Assembly: GCA_051530055.1 (NCBI GenBank)
Contig: CM121341.1
Coordinates: 9,278,784-9,342,783, forward strand
Length of the DNA: 64,000 bases
Source: Neoechinorhynchus agilis
Taxonomy: Eukaryota > Animalia > Acanthocephala
Reading direction: 5' to 3'
The notes beneath the pieces were generated by a model. The model ran no database searches and was not told the origin of the DNA. It worked only from the letters and a program-made list of their open reading frames with translations. Position numbers and translations under genes: made by a program. Every line of letters begins with the position of its first letter. The first letter of the stretch is position 1. Below, in pieces: positions 62,573 to 64,000 of this stretch.

Positions 62573-62875
62573 ATGTTTGCTTCTCGTTCGGAATACGACC
62601 GTGGCGTTAATACATTCTCTCCTGAAGGTCGTCTTTTTCAAGTTGAATACGCGATCGAAGCAATTAAATTTGGGTCGACTGCGATTGCGATTAGAACTGA
62701 TGAAGGAGTTGTACTGAGCACTGAGAAACGAATTCAATCAAGGCTCATTGAACCTGGAAGTGTTGAGAAGATTGCCGAAATCGATCATCATTGTGCTTGT
62801 GCTTTATCTGGACTCATTGCTGATGGGAAAACGCTGGTGGATCGGGCAAGAGTGGAAGCACAAAATCACTGGTTT
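62573..62875 (+). CDS. PSMA5: Proteasome subunit alpha type-5, first coding segment (residues 1-101, ending ...NHWF)
   Basis: [40 protein letters not shown]...[10 protein letters not shown]. Confidence 0.95.
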
Positions 62876-63749
62876 AAAAAAAGGCGGTAATGTTGATCTC
62901 AAGTCATAAAGGCCACAACCTTTTTTTAATTTTTTTAAATACACACATTTTTGAAATTTTTTAACGTTTTTAATTATGTTGAAAAGATAATTCATTGTTA
63001 TTTGTCGATAGGAGAGATAAATGAAATTAAGATTTTATTGGATATTTCGATCCACTATCTCGGATCTTCTTCAGCGATCGTTTGCAAGTTTGATCCAACT
63101 TCGTAAACACTTGCAAACAATCGCTAAAGAAGATCCGAAATAGTGGATCGAAATATCCAATTAAATCTTAATTTCATTTATCTCTCCTGTTTTTAATTAT
63201 TTTTTCCGCAGTTTATATCATAAAGAAAATCGAAAATGATTAAATTGTTTATGACGGTGAAAAATTTAAAGGAAATTTATTAAATTCGATATTTCGGAAG
63301 CACACAATCTTTACGCATTTCTAGAAAATTGTTTCTAAAGTTGTTTTTCGATGTGAGATTTTTTATAAATCCGAAAACAGATAATAGCGGATTTAATAAA
63401 ATTCCTTGAAATTAAATCAGCCATAAAACAAACATGAATTTCAAAAAAAAATTATTAGTATATTTTTAGACCAAAAGGTTTTATTCTTTTTATTAAAGAA
63501 AGATTTGTAAACCACACAATTTTGAGATTTTTTAACGTTTTTTTATTATTTGTTCCGCAGTTTAATTTCTATGAAATGTTCTATTTTATATCATAAAGAA
63601 TAAATTATCAGTATTATTTTAGACAAAAAATGTTTTATTATTTTTAATGAAGAAACATCGCAGATTAACTTTGAATGCGTGATTGATTTATCAATTTTGT
63701 ACGGATTTGAACATTTTTTCGTCATTGTTATCAACATGACCTCCTCGGT
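62876..63749. mobile_element. MITE-like insertion / non-canonical intervening sequence in PSMA5
   Basis: Imperfect sub-terminal inverted repeats 62882-62902 and 63725-63745 (17/21 match), an internal ~80-bp-arm hairpin at 63011-63187, and internal AT-rich direct repeats. Confidence 0.7.
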
Positions 63750-64000
63750 ACCTACAACGAAAGGATGTCGATTGAATCGATAACTCAAGCCGTTTCCAAT
63801 CTTGCATTAGCTTTCAGTTCAGCAGCTCGTTCAACAAGTGGAAAAGTGGCCATGTCTCGCCCATTTGGAGTTGCCATTCTTTTCGCTGGATATGATGAAA
63901 CCGGAGCACATCTTTTCCAATTGGACCCCAGTGGAACATTTATTGAGTATAAAGCAAAAGCAATTGGTTCTGGCCATGAAGGTGCCGACGATCATTTAAA
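63750..64000 (+). CDS. PSMA5: Proteasome subunit alpha type-5, second coding segment (continues past the window end)
   Basis: [55 protein letters not shown]. Confidence 0.95.

Noticed and set aside
1-64000. Assigning the source species
   Set aside because: Gene content shows an animal with divergent sequences, but nothing in the window identifies the taxon reliably.

Overview
AT-rich animal (metazoan) genomic DNA, dense in retroelements, with several single-base deletions in short homopolymer runs (probably sequencing or assembly errors). Host genes: a single-exon protocadherin-like ectodomain; an intronless USP deubiquitinase with one nonsense codon; an Emi1/Rca1-like ZBR protein; orphan 3' halves of eEFSec and glutaminyl-tRNA synthetase; a tandem pair of secreted Cys-rich proteins; a very divergent TBP-fold gene plus a decayed paralog; and proteasome alpha-5 (PSMA5). 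Repeats: CRE-like, RTE, CR1/L2-like and other LINEs, Ty3/gypsy, Penelope-like elements with minimal hammerhead ribozymes, a tRNA-derived SINE, MITE-like hairpins, and a ~5 kb-arm inverted duplication. The three standouts are: (1) an apparent 160-bp satellite at 52.3-54.9 kb that is a 16-copy tandem array of U24/SNORD24-like box C/D snoRNAs on the minus strand; (2) a TBP-fold protein with inverted architecture (core at the N-terminus) and a long low-complexity C-terminus carrying a PLDLS CtBP-binding motif; (3) an otherwise intact PSMA5 split by an 874-bp insertion with terminal inverted repeats and no GT-AG at the homology-defined junction.
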